DNA of 64,000 nucleotides from Octopus vulgaris (GCA_951406725.2 OX597819.1:84382001-84446000), one strand, 5' to 3'; shown: positions 13,020 through 27,635, counted from the first letter of the stretch. The notes: generated by a model not told the origin, from the sequence alone. Made by a program: numbers and translations.

Positions 13020-13620
13020 ATTAGCTGTGAGCCTGAAGTCTTAAAAAGACTTGGATATACTGGTATAGTTGTTGAGTCACTAGACATGAGTGTTTGGTAG
13101 CGCCAATATCTGAGCATGAGGACAAAGGTTTGGATTTTCAGATCTCTGGTCATCTCTGTCTTGCTCTATGGTTGCAAGACTTGGACACTGTCCAAAGCCC
13201 TCAGGAGCCATCTGAACTCCTTTAGTAGCAGGATGCTTTGCAGGATTATGAGTTACCATTGGTTGGATTTTGTGTTCAATCAATGACTATACTCAGAAAC
13301 TGGTATGTGTCCTGTTATTTGTAAGATCTGGGTGTGTCAGTTCAGACTGTTTGGTCATGTTGCTCTATTTTTTAGGTTACATCCTGCATACCATATCCTC
13401 TTCTCTGAGGATCCAGCTGGGATGACAATTCACATTGGTCGGCCTCGTGTCACATGGTCATGGCAGATGAGGAGATATCTCAGAGAGATGGGAACTGACT
13501 AGGACACTGCTGCTCGGAGGATAGCCTGGAATGACCCTAGCAAATACTGACAAATAGTGGATGCAGTGACACGCTGCAATGGTGCATGCTCCGGTATATT
13601 CCCCAACCTGATCTGACTTC
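13020..13620 (+). mobile_element. 5'-truncated RTE-clade LINE, 3' end
   Basis: RTKVWIFRSLVISV..YGCKTWTL...QFRLFGHVA...GRPRVTW motifs, with frameshifts. Confidence 0.85.
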
Positions 13621-15164
13621 ACCTCTGTGATTTTAACTGAGAACTTACAAAAGATAGAATATAATACAATAAAGAATATAGCTCTATGTTTTATAGATTC
13701 AGACATTCAGTCACCCATTTAATGTAAATAATTGTTTCAAATTTTGGCACAAGGCCAGCAATTTTAGACGAGAGGCTTAGACAATTACATCAACCCCAGT
13801 ACTTAACTGTTACTTTATTTTACCAAGCCTGAAAAAAATGAAAAGTAAAGTTGGGCAGAATATGAACTGAGAATGTAAAGAGTCAGAAGAAAGACTGCTA
13901 AACATTTTGTTTGATGCGCTAACAATTCTGCCAACTCACAGCCAACATTATTTAAAAGTAAAGAAATCATTAGCATTTTGGGTGCATTAATTTTTACTAG
14001 TATTATATTTCATCCACTTCAGATGTGAGATGCCATGCTCTCATATTTCATTTCTGAATACAAAGGTCATATTTTGTCTTAACATGTGAACCAAAAATTC
14101 CACATACACAATCTAGAGTTGTAGTTTTCCTTTACCTACATCAAACTATTAAATATGATTGTAACTTTCTGTTTCTAGATCAAATTTCTACCATCCAATT
14201 TGAACCTTGTTACCCAAAACAGTAAAATGCCAAACTGATTAGCATTTTCTTTTCCCTTTTTTTTTTTTTTTTACTTGGACTGCAGCCATACTGGAGGATT
14301 GCTTTGAAGGGTTTTAATTCTACTGATTGACCATAGTACTTCTGTATTTTTAAGTCTGGTACTCATTCTAATGATCGCTTTCGCTCTACCACTAAGTTAT
14401 GAGGATATAAGCAAACCAACACTGGTTGTCAAAAGTAATGTGGAGGGGGGGACAAAAGCACACAAACACACACACACACAAGCACAATGTGCTTCCACAC
14501 AGTTTATATTTACCAAATTCATTCACAAGGCATTGGTCAGCCTGGGGCTATAGCAGAAGACACTTGCCCAAGGTACCATGCAGTAGAACTGAACCCAAAA
14601 TCACATGGCTTAACACAAGCTTCTGAACTACACAGCCATAAAGTATTTAATTTCATCTTACAATATTCTGAGTTCAAATCCCACCAGGATAAATTATGAT
14701 ATAAAATAAATTGTAAAGAAAAATAAGTAGAACCTCAGCTTTATGGGGAGATGCGAAATTTAGATGCTGGGCTATTTATGCTCCTCCCAAAAATATAACT
14801 TTAATCTTTTCAGAAACCTCTAGGGAACATTAGAAGCAGTATTTAGTTGCTGTTTCTTCATTATGTTGCAGAAAAGAGATCTAATTTGAACTGAACTATC
14901 ATCAAATAAGTAAACTTACACCTCATTAAATTCAGCCATTTTGACTACACAACAAATGAACTTAGGAACTGAAACCAGATCACAGACATAATTCACTGTG
15001 AGCTTTCTACTTACCCCCTACAGCTCTTTATCCTACTGCCTACCTTATAATAAAAATAAGTTCAGTGTACAGAGGATATGAGATATTTTTGCATTGTTGA
15101 TTCGTTTTTGACTTAATCAATATCAGACATTTTAATGCTTCTCTCATTCTCCCTATCATTATCT

Positions 15165-15222
<58 letters not shown>

Positions 15223-15654
15223 ATGTTAGCATCTACTTTTGTACACGTGTAATATCTCTCTTCATCTGTCTCTCTCTCCCCTTCTCACTCTTTCTATCTG
15301 TATGTGTTTATTTCTGCACATAACTGCATGTGTGTGTGTGTTTGTGTATGAGTGCACACGCACACGTGCGTGCTTGCCTCCAGTGCCGAAACATACTGAC
15401 ATCAAAACAGGTTGAACATACAGTCAGTTGTGCCAAATCATAAGCATCCAAACATCCACACTGAATTATCTCACACTGGAGCACAGGCATGGCTGTGTAG
15501 TTAAAAATTCTGTTTCACAGCCAAGTAGTTCTGGATTTGACCCCATTGCACAGTATCTGAGGTAAGAATTTTCTAACATAACCTTCGATTGAACATTGAT
15601 TTTTGAGCAGAATTTGGCCAACAGAAACTGTACCAAAGCCTAGTGTGTGTGTGT

Positions 15655-15727
<73 letters not shown>

Positions 15728-16187
15728 ATGTATGTGTGTGTGTTTGCGCACGTGCAAGCATGTGTGATTGTGTATGCATATGCATATCTTTCACCACTGA
15801 GAAAACTGATAAACTAGTGTTTTCAGCCTGAATTACCATCTAGTATTTATTGTATCTCAGTCACACAGATACTCCTTCACCACCATAAATATAGTGAACC
15901 ATTGCAGTTTGAAACCTGTAACCAATAATGCTTTTGTTTATAGGATGTGATATCAAATAAATAAATATAAGTATTGATCCAGAATGATACAGTTATGGCT
16001 AACTCCTCCAATCACCAACAACAGCTTGACTATCAATCTCCACCCTTGTCTGAAGTTATCATCTTCATTGAGCTCACAGCTTTCAACTGTTTTGGCTCTT
16101 GCCCCACTCCCATATTAATTACTGCTGCTGTGGAAATCAAATCTTTATCAGTCTTGAACTCTCTACAACAATGAGTATCATCACTCA

Positions 16188-16780
16188 TCTCTCTCTCTCT
16201 CTATCCGCTCAGTCGAGGTCAACTCTCGGTTACTCGATGGATCAGTGTTCTCCAGCCAGTTCTATCTCAGGTCACTCCTTTCAGATTGGCTATGACCATT
16301 CCTGTGTCACTCTTAATGGTGTCAAGCCAGCGGGTTCTTGGTTGACCTCTTCCTCTCTTGCCACTGACCATTCCGAGCATGATGTCCTTCTCCAGGGATT
16401 TTCTCCGCATAATATGACCAAAATATGCCAATCTATGCTTGGTGATCCTAGCTTCCAGCGACAGTTTCGGCTTCATCTGGTTAAGAACTTCTCCATTGGA
16501 GAGCCTCGCTGTCCATGGAATGCGTAAAAGTCTTCTCCAACATGAAAGCTTGAATGCATTAATTCTCTACTGGTCAGCTTTCTTTAGTGTTCAGGTCTCA
16601 CATCCATATGTTGCTATTGGGAAGACGATTGCATTCACCAATCTGCATTTGGTAGCGAGGCTGATGTCTCTACTCTTCCAGACCTTGCTCATGCTGACCA
16701 TTGCCTCTCTGCCTAGTACTATCTGCCACCTTATTTCACTCATACATATCCATAATTGATGAACAGATACCCAAAGCACT
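16188..16780 (-). mobile_element. 5'-truncated RTE (BovB-like) LINE, 3' end
   Basis: SKVWKSRDISLATKCRLVNAIVFPIATYGCETW...RLAYFGHIMRRKSLEKDIMLGMVSGKRGRGQPRTRWLD; (AG)n tail at about 16188-16202. Confidence 0.93.
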
Positions 16781-17645
16781 CTTGATCTCCTTCTTACTTT
16801 TCAACTCAGCCTTTACCAAATTAATCATCTCTATCCCTATTAGATGCCTAATCACAGCTACCCACCATGTATCCATCATAATACATAACACTCCACAAAC
16901 GTTTTAATAATGTTCAAATGTACTTTCCTTAGTGATATTGTATTCATAACATAGCACTGGATTACAAACACTAGTCTTCTTCTTCAGACATAGAAAAAAT
17001 ATTTCAGCTCTCAACTGTTACTGACTCTCTACAAAGAATATTTGTTTCTCCTCTTCTCTTCACAACTCTACTAAAAAACAGAAAAAAATAGCTCACTTTG
17101 CAACCACATCTTTTCAAGTTCAGTCCAACTGTATCACACCTTGGGCAAGTGTCTTCTAGTCCTGGACCAACCAATACCTTGTGAATGAATTTGGTAGATG
17201 GAATTTATGTGGAAGCCCATCATGTGTGTGTGTTGATGTGTGTGTGTGTGTGTCGTGAAATATGAAGAGAAGCTTTCAGCTACAAGAAAAATGATGCCAC
17301 CTGTATCCTTTCTTCCTTTCTAGTCAGCACTATGCATTCCTTACTCTTTCACGCTCTACTGGTAGACAACAACTTCTACACTATCAACTACCAACCAGCG
17401 AGCCAACCTTTTTGTTACTACCACTACAATTACCGCTGTCTCTCTAACTACTTGTTGGGCAAACAAATAAATATATGTAAATACTATTTCTTCCTTCTTG
17501 GTGTTGATTCTTTGATGTTCACTGCTTACTCCAACACAAGAAACTTCAAGCTTTACATCTAAATGCTACATTTGGTAGTCGGCTACATCATATCGACATG
17601 ACATGGCATGTCACTTCAGCCACCACAATTGGTGACCACAGCCAC

Positions 17646-17684
<39 letters not shown>

Positions 17685-17898
17685 GCACACATGTATGTAT
17701 GTATCCATGCAAGTATGAGTGTCTCTGTGTGTTTCTTCACGCCCCCATAACATAGCAGTTCAGTAAAAGAGGCTGATAGAATAAGTACCAGACTAAAAAA
17801 AAAAAAGAAATACTGGTGTCAATTTGTTTGACTAAACACTTCACTTTCTATTTCATATCTTATCTAGAATAACTATTGCTTAAATATTTTCTCACACC

Positions 17899-17946
17899 GT
17901 CTCCAATGAAGGGATATATCAAATATCCCGGAAACAGCTGTAAGAC
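17899..17946 (+). ncRNA. Degenerate minimal type-I hammerhead ribozyme motif (Penelope/retrozyme-type)
   Basis: GTCT-CCAATGA-A-GGGATAT-atcaa-ATATCCC-G-GAAAC-AGCT-GTA-AGAC: stem I GTCT/AGAC, 7-bp stem II, palindromic stem III and GUA cleavage triplet. The CUGAUGA core is mutated to CCAAUGA. Confidence 0.6.
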
Positions 17947-18769
17947 CTTCTATTTATAAATGTTCTGAAATCTTTCACAGCCTTGGATTTTTATCTCATT
18001 CTGTCAATTTTTTAATATATACTCATGCTGATATATGACCTACGTTGGACTCCTCATTCGCATAATCACCGAACCTGGAGCTTAACTATAGTCTGTCCAT
18101 AGCACTTACTCAGCGTTACCTGACACCTTTGGGTCTTCTTGACACCATTACCTCTCATAACCTATATTTATTCTGCAGAAAGTAAAGGAATTCTTGAACA
18201 CATGATGGCTGTGAAGACAGCTTAGAAAATGGAAAAAGTGACCAGCATGCTCTACAGAGAATCAAACTCTTACTTTTTCAAATTCCAGCTAAGCACTCTG
18301 TACCATTAAGCTAAGAGGCCCCTGATAACAAAATACCATCTTTTTATATTGCTAAATAATAGCTTTTGAAATGTGTGGTAAAAAGTTAGCTTTCCAACTA
18401 CACATGCTTCCGGATCCAGTCCCACTGCGTGGCACCTTGGGCAAATCTCTTCTACTATAGCCACGGGCCAACCAAAGCCTTGGGAGTAGATTTGGTAGAT
18501 GGAAACTGAAAGAAGCCTATTGTATATAAATCTCAACATATATGTATGTGTGTGCATATTTGTGTCTGTGTTTGTCCCACACTGCCACTTGACAACTGGT
18601 GATGGTTTGTTTACATCTCCATAACTTAGCGGTTCAGCCAAAGAGACCGATATAATAGGTACTAGGCTTAAAAACAAGTACTGGTGTCAATTCATTCAAC
18701 TAAAAATTCTTCAAGGCTGTGCCCCAGCATGGCTACAGTCAAATGACTGAAACAAGTAAAAGATATATT

Positions 18770-18818
<49 letters not shown>

Positions 18819-19112
18819 CTTTTGACAACTTGTATGGTTTGTTAACATCCCTGTAACTTAACAGTTTGGCAAAATGAAACCAACAGAATAAATATCAGAC
18901 TTATAAAAATATAAATAGTAATTTCTTTAACTAAACACTTCAAGGTGGTGCCCCAGTATGGCCACGCTCAAATGATAGAAACAAGTAAAAGATGAAAGAG
19001 TACATTAATTTTCAAGCTAAGAGAATACTGGCAAAAACCTTGATAAGCAGTATCATTAGCAAGCTTTGTACAAAATCATATTGAACTGTGTTCTTAATTT
19101 TCGTTAAAATTA

Positions 19113-19395
19113 TATGTGGTCTGATCAATAAGTATCCGGACAGTTGCCATAGTAATGCAGCTAAAGCACGCAGAGTGAAGCTACTTGGCAGAGATTGACC
19201 TTGAACTCTGCTGTGCATGTGCACTAAGTTTTAATGCTCTAGCTCACTTCCACTGTTTACAGCAGTGCTTGGAAGAAAGGTGTGTAGTGTGTGATCACTG
19301 CATTGACCATGTGAGAGAAAGTTGAGCAGAGAATCTGCATCAAATTTTGCCTAAAGCTTGGTAATACCTGCTCAGGGGCCTACGCAGAGTTTTCA
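19113..19395 (+). mobile_element. Mariner 5' end fragment (irritans-like)
   Basis: TIR-like tgtggtctgatcaataagtatccgga, followed by VEQRICIKFCLKLGNTCSGAYAE. Confidence 0.75.
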
Positions 19396-22000
19396 AAATG
19401 TGTTCATCATTCTCAATGCAATCATGGAGATCTCATGCAACTGAAGCCCAAGTGTCTTTTTGCTTCAGCTGAAAGCAGTTTTAGCACAAACCCATATCTT
19501 CAGTGATAATGGACTGAACTGCTAAGGGACATATTTATGCTTGACCATAAGTAGTTATGGTCAAGCAACTGAAAGGCAAGTCTGTGGTATTCAGCTACAA
19601 CAATATTTCTGCTTCAGTAACTCGGTGCTGAATCTGCCCGAAATGTAATGGAAAATAGGTCAATTTCAAAACATTGATGTACAGGTCACAAAACTAAAGT
19701 TTGAAGGGAATAGTTGTCTTTTCCTTTGATTACTAGATAGAAGCAAATAGGAAATAACACTTACTGACCAAAGAACAAAAAAAAATTTTAATTTTGTTAC
19801 CCAGTGTTATTTACCATGGGGAATAAATTAATGTTATATACAAATACCAAAGATAACAGAAAATTAAGATCTTTTAAATAGTATTGCAACTATGAATTTT
19901 TTTCTATAAAGTATATAAGTCAGTTGAGTTTATCCAAATTAATTAAAATTCACGTTATTTCATTAAAACATGTGGAGAGACAAAAACCAGGGTGATTTAA
20001 TCCCTAGAATTCAGTTTATAGAGGGAAATATAAATATTTTTAGCTCACTTAAACCAGCAATCTATATTTTCTGTCACTATATTACCTACCATGATAACAA
20101 TAATAATATATTTGTTGCCTTCTTTTTAAGACAGTAGATAATGCGTTGAGGGAAATTTGGATGCTATTTCTAGTACAACTTCAAAGCAAACTCAGTTATC
20201 GAGAAACCTAACTTCAAAGAAGTTCACTAATAAAAGTAGTTAGTACCTACTAAAATGTACCAATTCGATTGTTCTCACCAGTAAAACTAAAGAATATGAA
20301 ATGCAGCCTGTCATCTCAATTAACAACATAAATATAACAAGCATACATGTGAATGCACAATGCACACACACACATGAATGCACACATGCACATGTGCACA
20401 CACACACACAATAGATGCATAACAGGAATTTATCTAACAACACCTCTACAGCATCCACACCATGCACAAAATACATAGTAAAGAAAGCCAAACACATAAT
20501 TACACACAGAGTAAGACTACCTACAGATATTACATTTAGATAACATAAAGAAACAACAGCACTGGCATATAAATTATTTTCTCTATGATAGGCACAAGGC
20601 CTGAAATTTTGTGGGAGGGGACCAATCGATTATATTGACCCCAGTGTTCAACTGGTGCTTATATTTTTATCAATCCTGAAAGGATGAACAACAGAGTTGA
20701 CCTCAGAATGGAAAGTTGGAAGAAATGTCACCAAGCTTTTTGTCTGATGTGCTAACAATTCTGCCAGCTCACAGTCTAAATCATTCTTTCTATTATAGGC
20801 CAGAAAGTTTAGGAGATGGGTCTAGTTGATTATATCAACCGCTCTGGAGATATGCTGTGACTTTCGAAGACCCGACAAATGAAGTGAGTTCATGGCTCGC
20901 AGGACGGCCTGCTGTGCTAACCTTGGATCGTAGAGTGACCCGCTGTTCTTGAGGAGACCTATTGAGTCAAGTACGTTAACACCAACATCAAAATGAAAAT
21001 CAAATGGAAATTGTAGTTAAGATACCCGTGCCAGTGACACGTTAAAAGCACCATCCGAACGTGGCAGATGCCACTGCTGCCTGACTGGCATCCGTGTCAG
21101 TGACACGTAAAAGCACCATCCGATCGTGGCCGTTTGCCAGCCTCCTCTGGCCTCTGTGCTGGTGGCACATAAAAAGCACCCAGAGTGGTTGGCATTAGGA
21201 AAGGCTGTAGAAGCACTACCAGATCAGACTGGTGCCTGGTGCAGCCTCCTGGCTTCCCAGGCCCCAGTCGAACCATCCAACCCATGCTAGCATAGAAAAC
21301 GGACGTTAAACGATGATGATGATGATAATGATGATGATGATGAGTGCTCAACTGGTACTTATTTTATTAACTTAGAAAGGATGAAAGGCAAAGTTAATCT
21401 TAATGGGATTTGAACTCAGAATGTAAAGCGGGAAGAAATGCTGCTAAGCATTTTGCCCAGCAAGGTAATGATTCTACCAGCTCAGTGCCTTACTGGTATA
21501 CAAATAATACTTCAAATCTATCATGAATTATATACCAGTTCGGTTTGGATATTCAATGTCTCTATAACAAGCTGTATAGGAACAAAATAGTGAATATTCA
21601 TGACTGGTTTTTGTACATAAACTATCAAAACATATTAGAGAGCCTCTAGGTGGTCACAAAACCTGCTAAAAATTACAGCTAACTATCCCTCAGATTATAC
21701 ATCGGGTAACATAGTCCTTGATACATTGCCTGAAATAAAGATAGAGTGATTACAGGTGGAATGCTTTTGATCACACAATGCTCACCTGGGGTTAAACAAC
21801 AATAATAAAACAGTTTCTTGTAGAAAGTTCCATCCTACACAATCTCAAATATCCACAACAGCAGCCTAAGATCAACTTCCATCTCAACCAATTCTGATAA
21901 ACAAATAGAAACACATACCACCAAAATAGCTATACATCACAATGACAGCATAAACTGTCTCACTAACTCCACACTGTACTAGGATGTACACTAGCTAAAA

Positions 22001-22330
22001 CAGTGATTCTCAAATGGAATACATATAAGATTTTTTGGTGTCTATGTAACAAAAGAATAAACTAGGGATCCACAATAGTATTTTAAGAGGCCTTGAAAAA
22101 ATTTTGCTTTTGATGTATGTATTAGTAAGTATTGCAAGAAACAGATAGATTTCTTTCTCTAACGTTTTACTTAGTTCAAACTACACAAGTTAATGTGGGA
22201 AAAATAAAATAGGGATTTTGAAAGAAGTTTCTATAAAACTACTTTTTATACTTTGAATGGCTATGGGGGTCCACCATAATAAAATAGTAATCAAAGGGGT
22301 ACATAGATAAAAAATGGTTGAGAACCCCTG
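22001..22330. mobile_element. hAT/Charlie-like MITE
   Basis: cagtgattctcaa ... ttgagaacccctg ends with a degenerate 8-bp TSD (agctaaaa/acttaaaa). A partial reverse copy lies at about 41587-41785. Confidence 0.6.
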
Positions 22331-22679
22331 ACTTAAAACATAAGCTAAAGACGAACAACTTTTGCACTCTGTCCAATTCCCACTTAACTTTTATTGTGGT
22401 TGCCACTAAAGCTTAATACCATCTCACTGCATTTCATTGAAATCTCTTATCAATATTTTATGTCCATCTTTCTTTGATGTCTTGAATATGCATTCCTCTA
22501 CCCTACTTATCTCAGTATCTTATATTCCTTTATATATATGTGTGCTTGTGTCTATATAAGCATGAGTGTGTGTATGTGTGTGTGAGTGTGTGTGTAGGTG
22601 TATATATGCATGTGTATATGTGCATATGTGTATATACATATCTATCCATACATATGTAGGTATGTGGTTGTGTATATAT

Positions 22680-22779
22680 NNNNNNNNNNNNNNNNNNNNN
22701 NNNNNNNNNNNNNNNNNNNNNNNNNNNNNNNNNNNNNNNNNNNNNNNNNNNNNNNNNNNNNNNNNNNNNNNNNNNNNNN
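22680..22779. other. Assembly gap (100 N)
   Basis: Run of N next to TA/TG microsatellite; the true gap size is unknown. Confidence 1.
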
Positions 22780-25700
22780 ATTTGACAAAAATCAGGTAAA
22801 TAAATAAATATGTAAATATTATATAGGTATTGCGACAAAGGTAAGACAGCCTGGGGATAATGAAAGAGTAATTCGTTCAAGTTGATTTATTCACACGGCT
22901 TTGCCTTAAATAGAATCAAAGTTTATTCATAAAAGGCAATCTTTCGCCTTCTAAAGGCGAAAGATTGCCTCATAAGAAAATTCCTTTTCTTTAAATGGAA
23001 AAACTTGCGTACATGCTTTCTGACTTCACAAGCGCCCACGTTACTAACTATTATTATTATTTTATTTATTTATTTTGTTAATTCCGTTTTAGTTTTCTTC
23101 CCCACTTTCAACGATGAGATTCATTCACCCCCTCAGTTCCCCTATCAAAGAATTTATAAGTATCTTGTCGATAATTCGAGTTTATTGTTTTTCAATAAAC
23201 AGCCGTTCAGATGTGCTCTGTATTTTAAAGAGTATAGTAACAAAACGAAAAACAGCTAAAACGTGTTTCAAGTGCAAAGAATTAATTAGAAATTATATTT
23301 CGATATTGTTTAACTGGAAAAGAATTTTCTTTTCAATTATTTGGAGGTGTAAATCGTATTCTTTTCCTTTTTTTTTTTTTTTTTTTCTTTTAAGTTTCCA
23401 AACAAAACTTGAAGAATATTTATCAACTATTGATTATATTGAATAAGAAAAAAAATTGGCATACAAAAACCATATTTGTCAGTTAATTTAGTGCTTTAAA
23501 ATGTCTCTTTGTGCGTAAAACTTAAGGATCACCAGTATTGATAATAATTATTATTATAATTAATGCTGGCATCCTGAAACGCAATTTACATGAGAGGAAA
23601 AATAAAAAAAAAAAAGAACAGGCATACAAAGAGTACACTGAAAATAACGAAAAAAACTTAACTCCGAATAATTAACATCAGTAATTTCTTTTTTTAAAAG
23701 ATTAGATGGCTGTTTTGTGATTATAACAAAGAAAGTTTTGTTTTGTTTTGTTTTTTTAACTGTTTAAGTGTGAAAGAATTTAAGGAAAACCTCAACAGGG
23801 CAGTTCTTAGGAAGAGTTGCTACAATAATCGTGAGGGGAAAAAATAAAACAAATATTCAAATTAAATGAGTTCTTATTTAGGTACAAAATCTCGAACTGA
23901 TAGGTTAGGAAATATGTATAAAGATCCCCGTGAAGCCCTTTATTTCAGACACAATCGAAAGATGCATATTCATTAGAAGTGTCTTGCTGTTACTGCTGTT
24001 TAGTCCCAGGTTAAATCTGATTGAGCAGACCTTTATAGCCGAAGGTGTTCCAAACGTATTCCAGGCGCATTTCGGATTCTATTATATTCTATGACTATTT
24101 CTTAATTAAGACTGTAGGGTGTGTTCTAACAAAGATTTGGCTGTTATTTCTAGTGACTACAATGAGCGGTGCGAGTGATACTGCTAGTATTACGGTCAGT
24201 CTATTTGGGTACTTATGAATCGAATTAAGTTCCCGACAAGTCGGATTTATGCCTAGATTGCCATTCCCGGTCCTAACCATATCATTTACGTCGCATATGT
24301 TCAGGGGAAAGGCATGAACATTACACACACATTTCTTCTCTCCTATAAATCCGAAATCCCACTCAGTACCTGTGTGAGAGAAATTTATTCATGATCTTTT
24401 CGTGTGTGCGTGTGTGTGTGTGTGTTAAACGGAATGGCATGCTGATTTATACCTATTACAAATTCCCATTCATTTGTATAAAGACGAAGCGTCAACGATT
24501 TGTTTTTCTACATAAACAAACATTGCCAGGGGGTTGACTGGCTGAATGAATGATAGGCGCGTTGTTTAAACAGTTCTTGGATAAAACGAAAGCTTTATAC
24601 CAGCCCTGAATAGCAGACTCTTCGATTAATTTTCGCATAATCTAATACAAGAGCAAAACCGTCTGGCTTTAGATAAATATACTAACAACACATCGTGTGT
24701 GCCAACATACGCACAGATTACAATTAGTTCACACCGGAACGTCCGGACCATATTAATTGTTGTGGTGAGTGAATGCTTGGAATGATAACTAAGGAAATCT
24801 CGTGTTTTACTTACCATATTAAAAACTGGAAATATTTGTAAATCCTGCGTGTCTCACTTTCTCTTTCTTTCACTATTCCCCTCTGTCTTTTTCTCCTCCA
24901 ATCTATATTTTCACTCCCAATTTGTCTCTCTCTCTCTCTCTCTCTCTCCCGTGGTTTTAAATCCCCTACTACTTCTCTCTCACTGTTTCTTTCTCTCACT
25001 CTTCATCTCTATCTGCCTTTCTATCTCTCACTCTTCATCTCTATCTGCCTTTCTATCTCTGCACCATCCTTCAACTCAACTCCTTATGAAATAGGATTGT
25101 TCCAGTCGCAATGATATTACTTCGCCTCATTCTATTTCATGCTTCTTGTTTCGGTCTTTGATGCTGTTTCATAGAACGGTGCCATCACAACAGAACTCTC
25201 TCTCTCTCTTCCAAACACTTTCACTTTCTCTGCTTTTTTTTTTTATTTTTTATTTAATTAACTCCTCTCATTCATTTTCTTTCTCGTTCGATTTGTCTCC
25301 TTTATTCCGTCAATTATCGCCTCTCTCTCTCTCTCAAACATTGAAAATAATCGGTTTTTAAGCTTTAACATAATCCCTTTGGATCCAATAGCAGAAAAAC
25401 TAAATAGATACAAATTTTAACCAGCAGCTTTTAGTTTATTTTATGTTCTATCATGTCTAATATTATGATTATTTTGTTTAGATCCCATACAGCGACTGAA
25501 TCGTTTAAAGTAATTAAGATGTTAATATTCGTATGCATAAGCATGAACAGGGGTTTATGTAAATACATACAAATATAAATACTATTTATAAGATAAGTAG
25601 AAATTTAATAATTTCAGTTGGAATGTCATTCGAAATTCTCGGTAGAAAAAGTGTCATTGTTTTACAATAGTTATTGGCTTTACTAAGATCCATGTGGCCG

Positions 25701-26500
25701 TTAAAAGCGACTGAGAAATTAATGAATGAATGAATGAAATATCTGAAGAATTCTATCAAGAATTGGATTTTAGCCATAAGCTGACATGGGACAATTGTAA
25801 CAATTCTACTCTATAGGATCGGCACATTTGTATCCTCAAACTAAAATTTTCTACAAATTATTTTGACAATTCTCTTCCCTTTGCGAAGTAGAATTTCTTA
25901 TAGCACTTAATGTGTTTGGAAATATCTAAGTCCCACCACCTTTTAATATGGTTTATGATTTAGGTAAAAGGTCGACAATTTTAAGAGGCGGGGTTGGTTA
26001 GTCAATACCATCGACTCCAGTACTAGACTAATACATTATATTATCCATCCTAGAGAAGTGAAAGGTAAAGTTGATCTCAGTGAGATTTGAACTCAGAACA
26101 TAAAGAAATGCCGCTAAGCCACACACACCCCTCCCCTCCCTGACGATTGAACGATTCTGCCAGCTCGCTACCCTTACCAACCCATTCATTTTAAAATAAT
26201 GTTTCACGACAGGAAATTGTTGGGCGGGGTTCTGCTTGTTTTGTTTTTGTATTTCTGTTGGGGTTTTTTTTTTGGGGGGGGGGGGGTCGTCCACTGCAAT
26301 TAAAATTAAATTCTAGCTAAATTCTTAAATAGCATTAAACAGTGAAAAAACAGTCTCTACAACTCAGTATGCACCCTTAAAAATAGCTGAATCGATGAAC
26401 ATAGAAACATTCCGAATGTAATCAATACGGATCACAAGTGAGCAATTATGTTGACAATTATGCTATCTAAACGCCTTCCTGAATAAATAACTTTTTACAC
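22780..26500. promoter_or_regulatory. SINE-poor, CpG-retaining island; candidate promoter and first exon of a minus-strand transcript
   Basis: CpG dinucleotides are visibly more frequent than in the flanking introns (judged by eye, not counted). Few SINEs, (CT)n tracts, and a consensus minus-strand donor ATG|GTAAGT at 24815/24814. Confidence 0.45.
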
Positions 26501-26584
26501 AATTGGTAAAAGGAAAATAATTAAAACTGTCTGGATCATGGACTTTCGATTGTTCTACTAAACCAATCGAAAGTCTTTTGTATG

Positions 26585-26873
<289 letters not shown>

Positions 26874-27635
26874 ACAGATAGATAGATAGAATTTGTGGTT
26901 GTGGGGCCATAATTCTGCCCTCCATCTTCCTGCTCTTCCGACCCCTAGAACCTTGCATTTAAATTTGGTTACAGTATGTTTTACTTATATTTCTCACTTC
27001 ACTGTCTGAAAATGTGTTTGATTTTGCATGCTGCCCATGTGAGGATCGTTTATGGATTGCATCTATAGTATAATGTCAGATATTACCAAATACTGAAACT
27101 ATGTAACCTGAAACAAAGGAGTACCAAGTTCAAGCCCATGCTCTTTTTTTCTTATTATTATTGATGTATTTTTATATTACATTACAGCTTACCTCAGATT
27201 ATGAAGAACCCCATGTGAATATGCAAAAGTGGGTGTTTAATCCTTTAACATTTAAACCAGCCATGTCCAGCCAAAATATCCTTCCTGGTTTAAGTTCAAA
27301 TTGGCCAGATCCAGTCTCTCACACCTACCCTATAATGTTAGTCTAAATAATATGCACTCACATAATCAAAATCTCAAGGATACAAGAAAATACAGAATAA
27401 ATAAGCATTGCTTTTGATAGAATAATCAGAATGCTAAAGGTTTAATTCAATTAACAAGAGCTAATGAAACCTGAATGGAATAATTGTTGCACAATGAGTG
27501 CATTGAATTCTATGTAACTAAATGAAATGACTGATAGATATTAAAACATAATTCTGGCTACAAGAGTTAGGGAAGGCTGTTTATAAAGGGCAATTAGATC
27601 AGACTACAATTTTATCATAGTATTTTAATTATATT

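Noticed and set aside
14920-14968. Possible coding exon starting MAEFNEV
   Set aside because: It does not join in frame to the pirin exon or the 5.5-kb candidate exon; kept only as a UTR candidate.
22827-22846. Plus-strand microexon-like tatag|GTATTGCGACAAAG|gtaaga
   Set aside because: Isolated, next to an assembly gap, with no partner plus-strand exons found.
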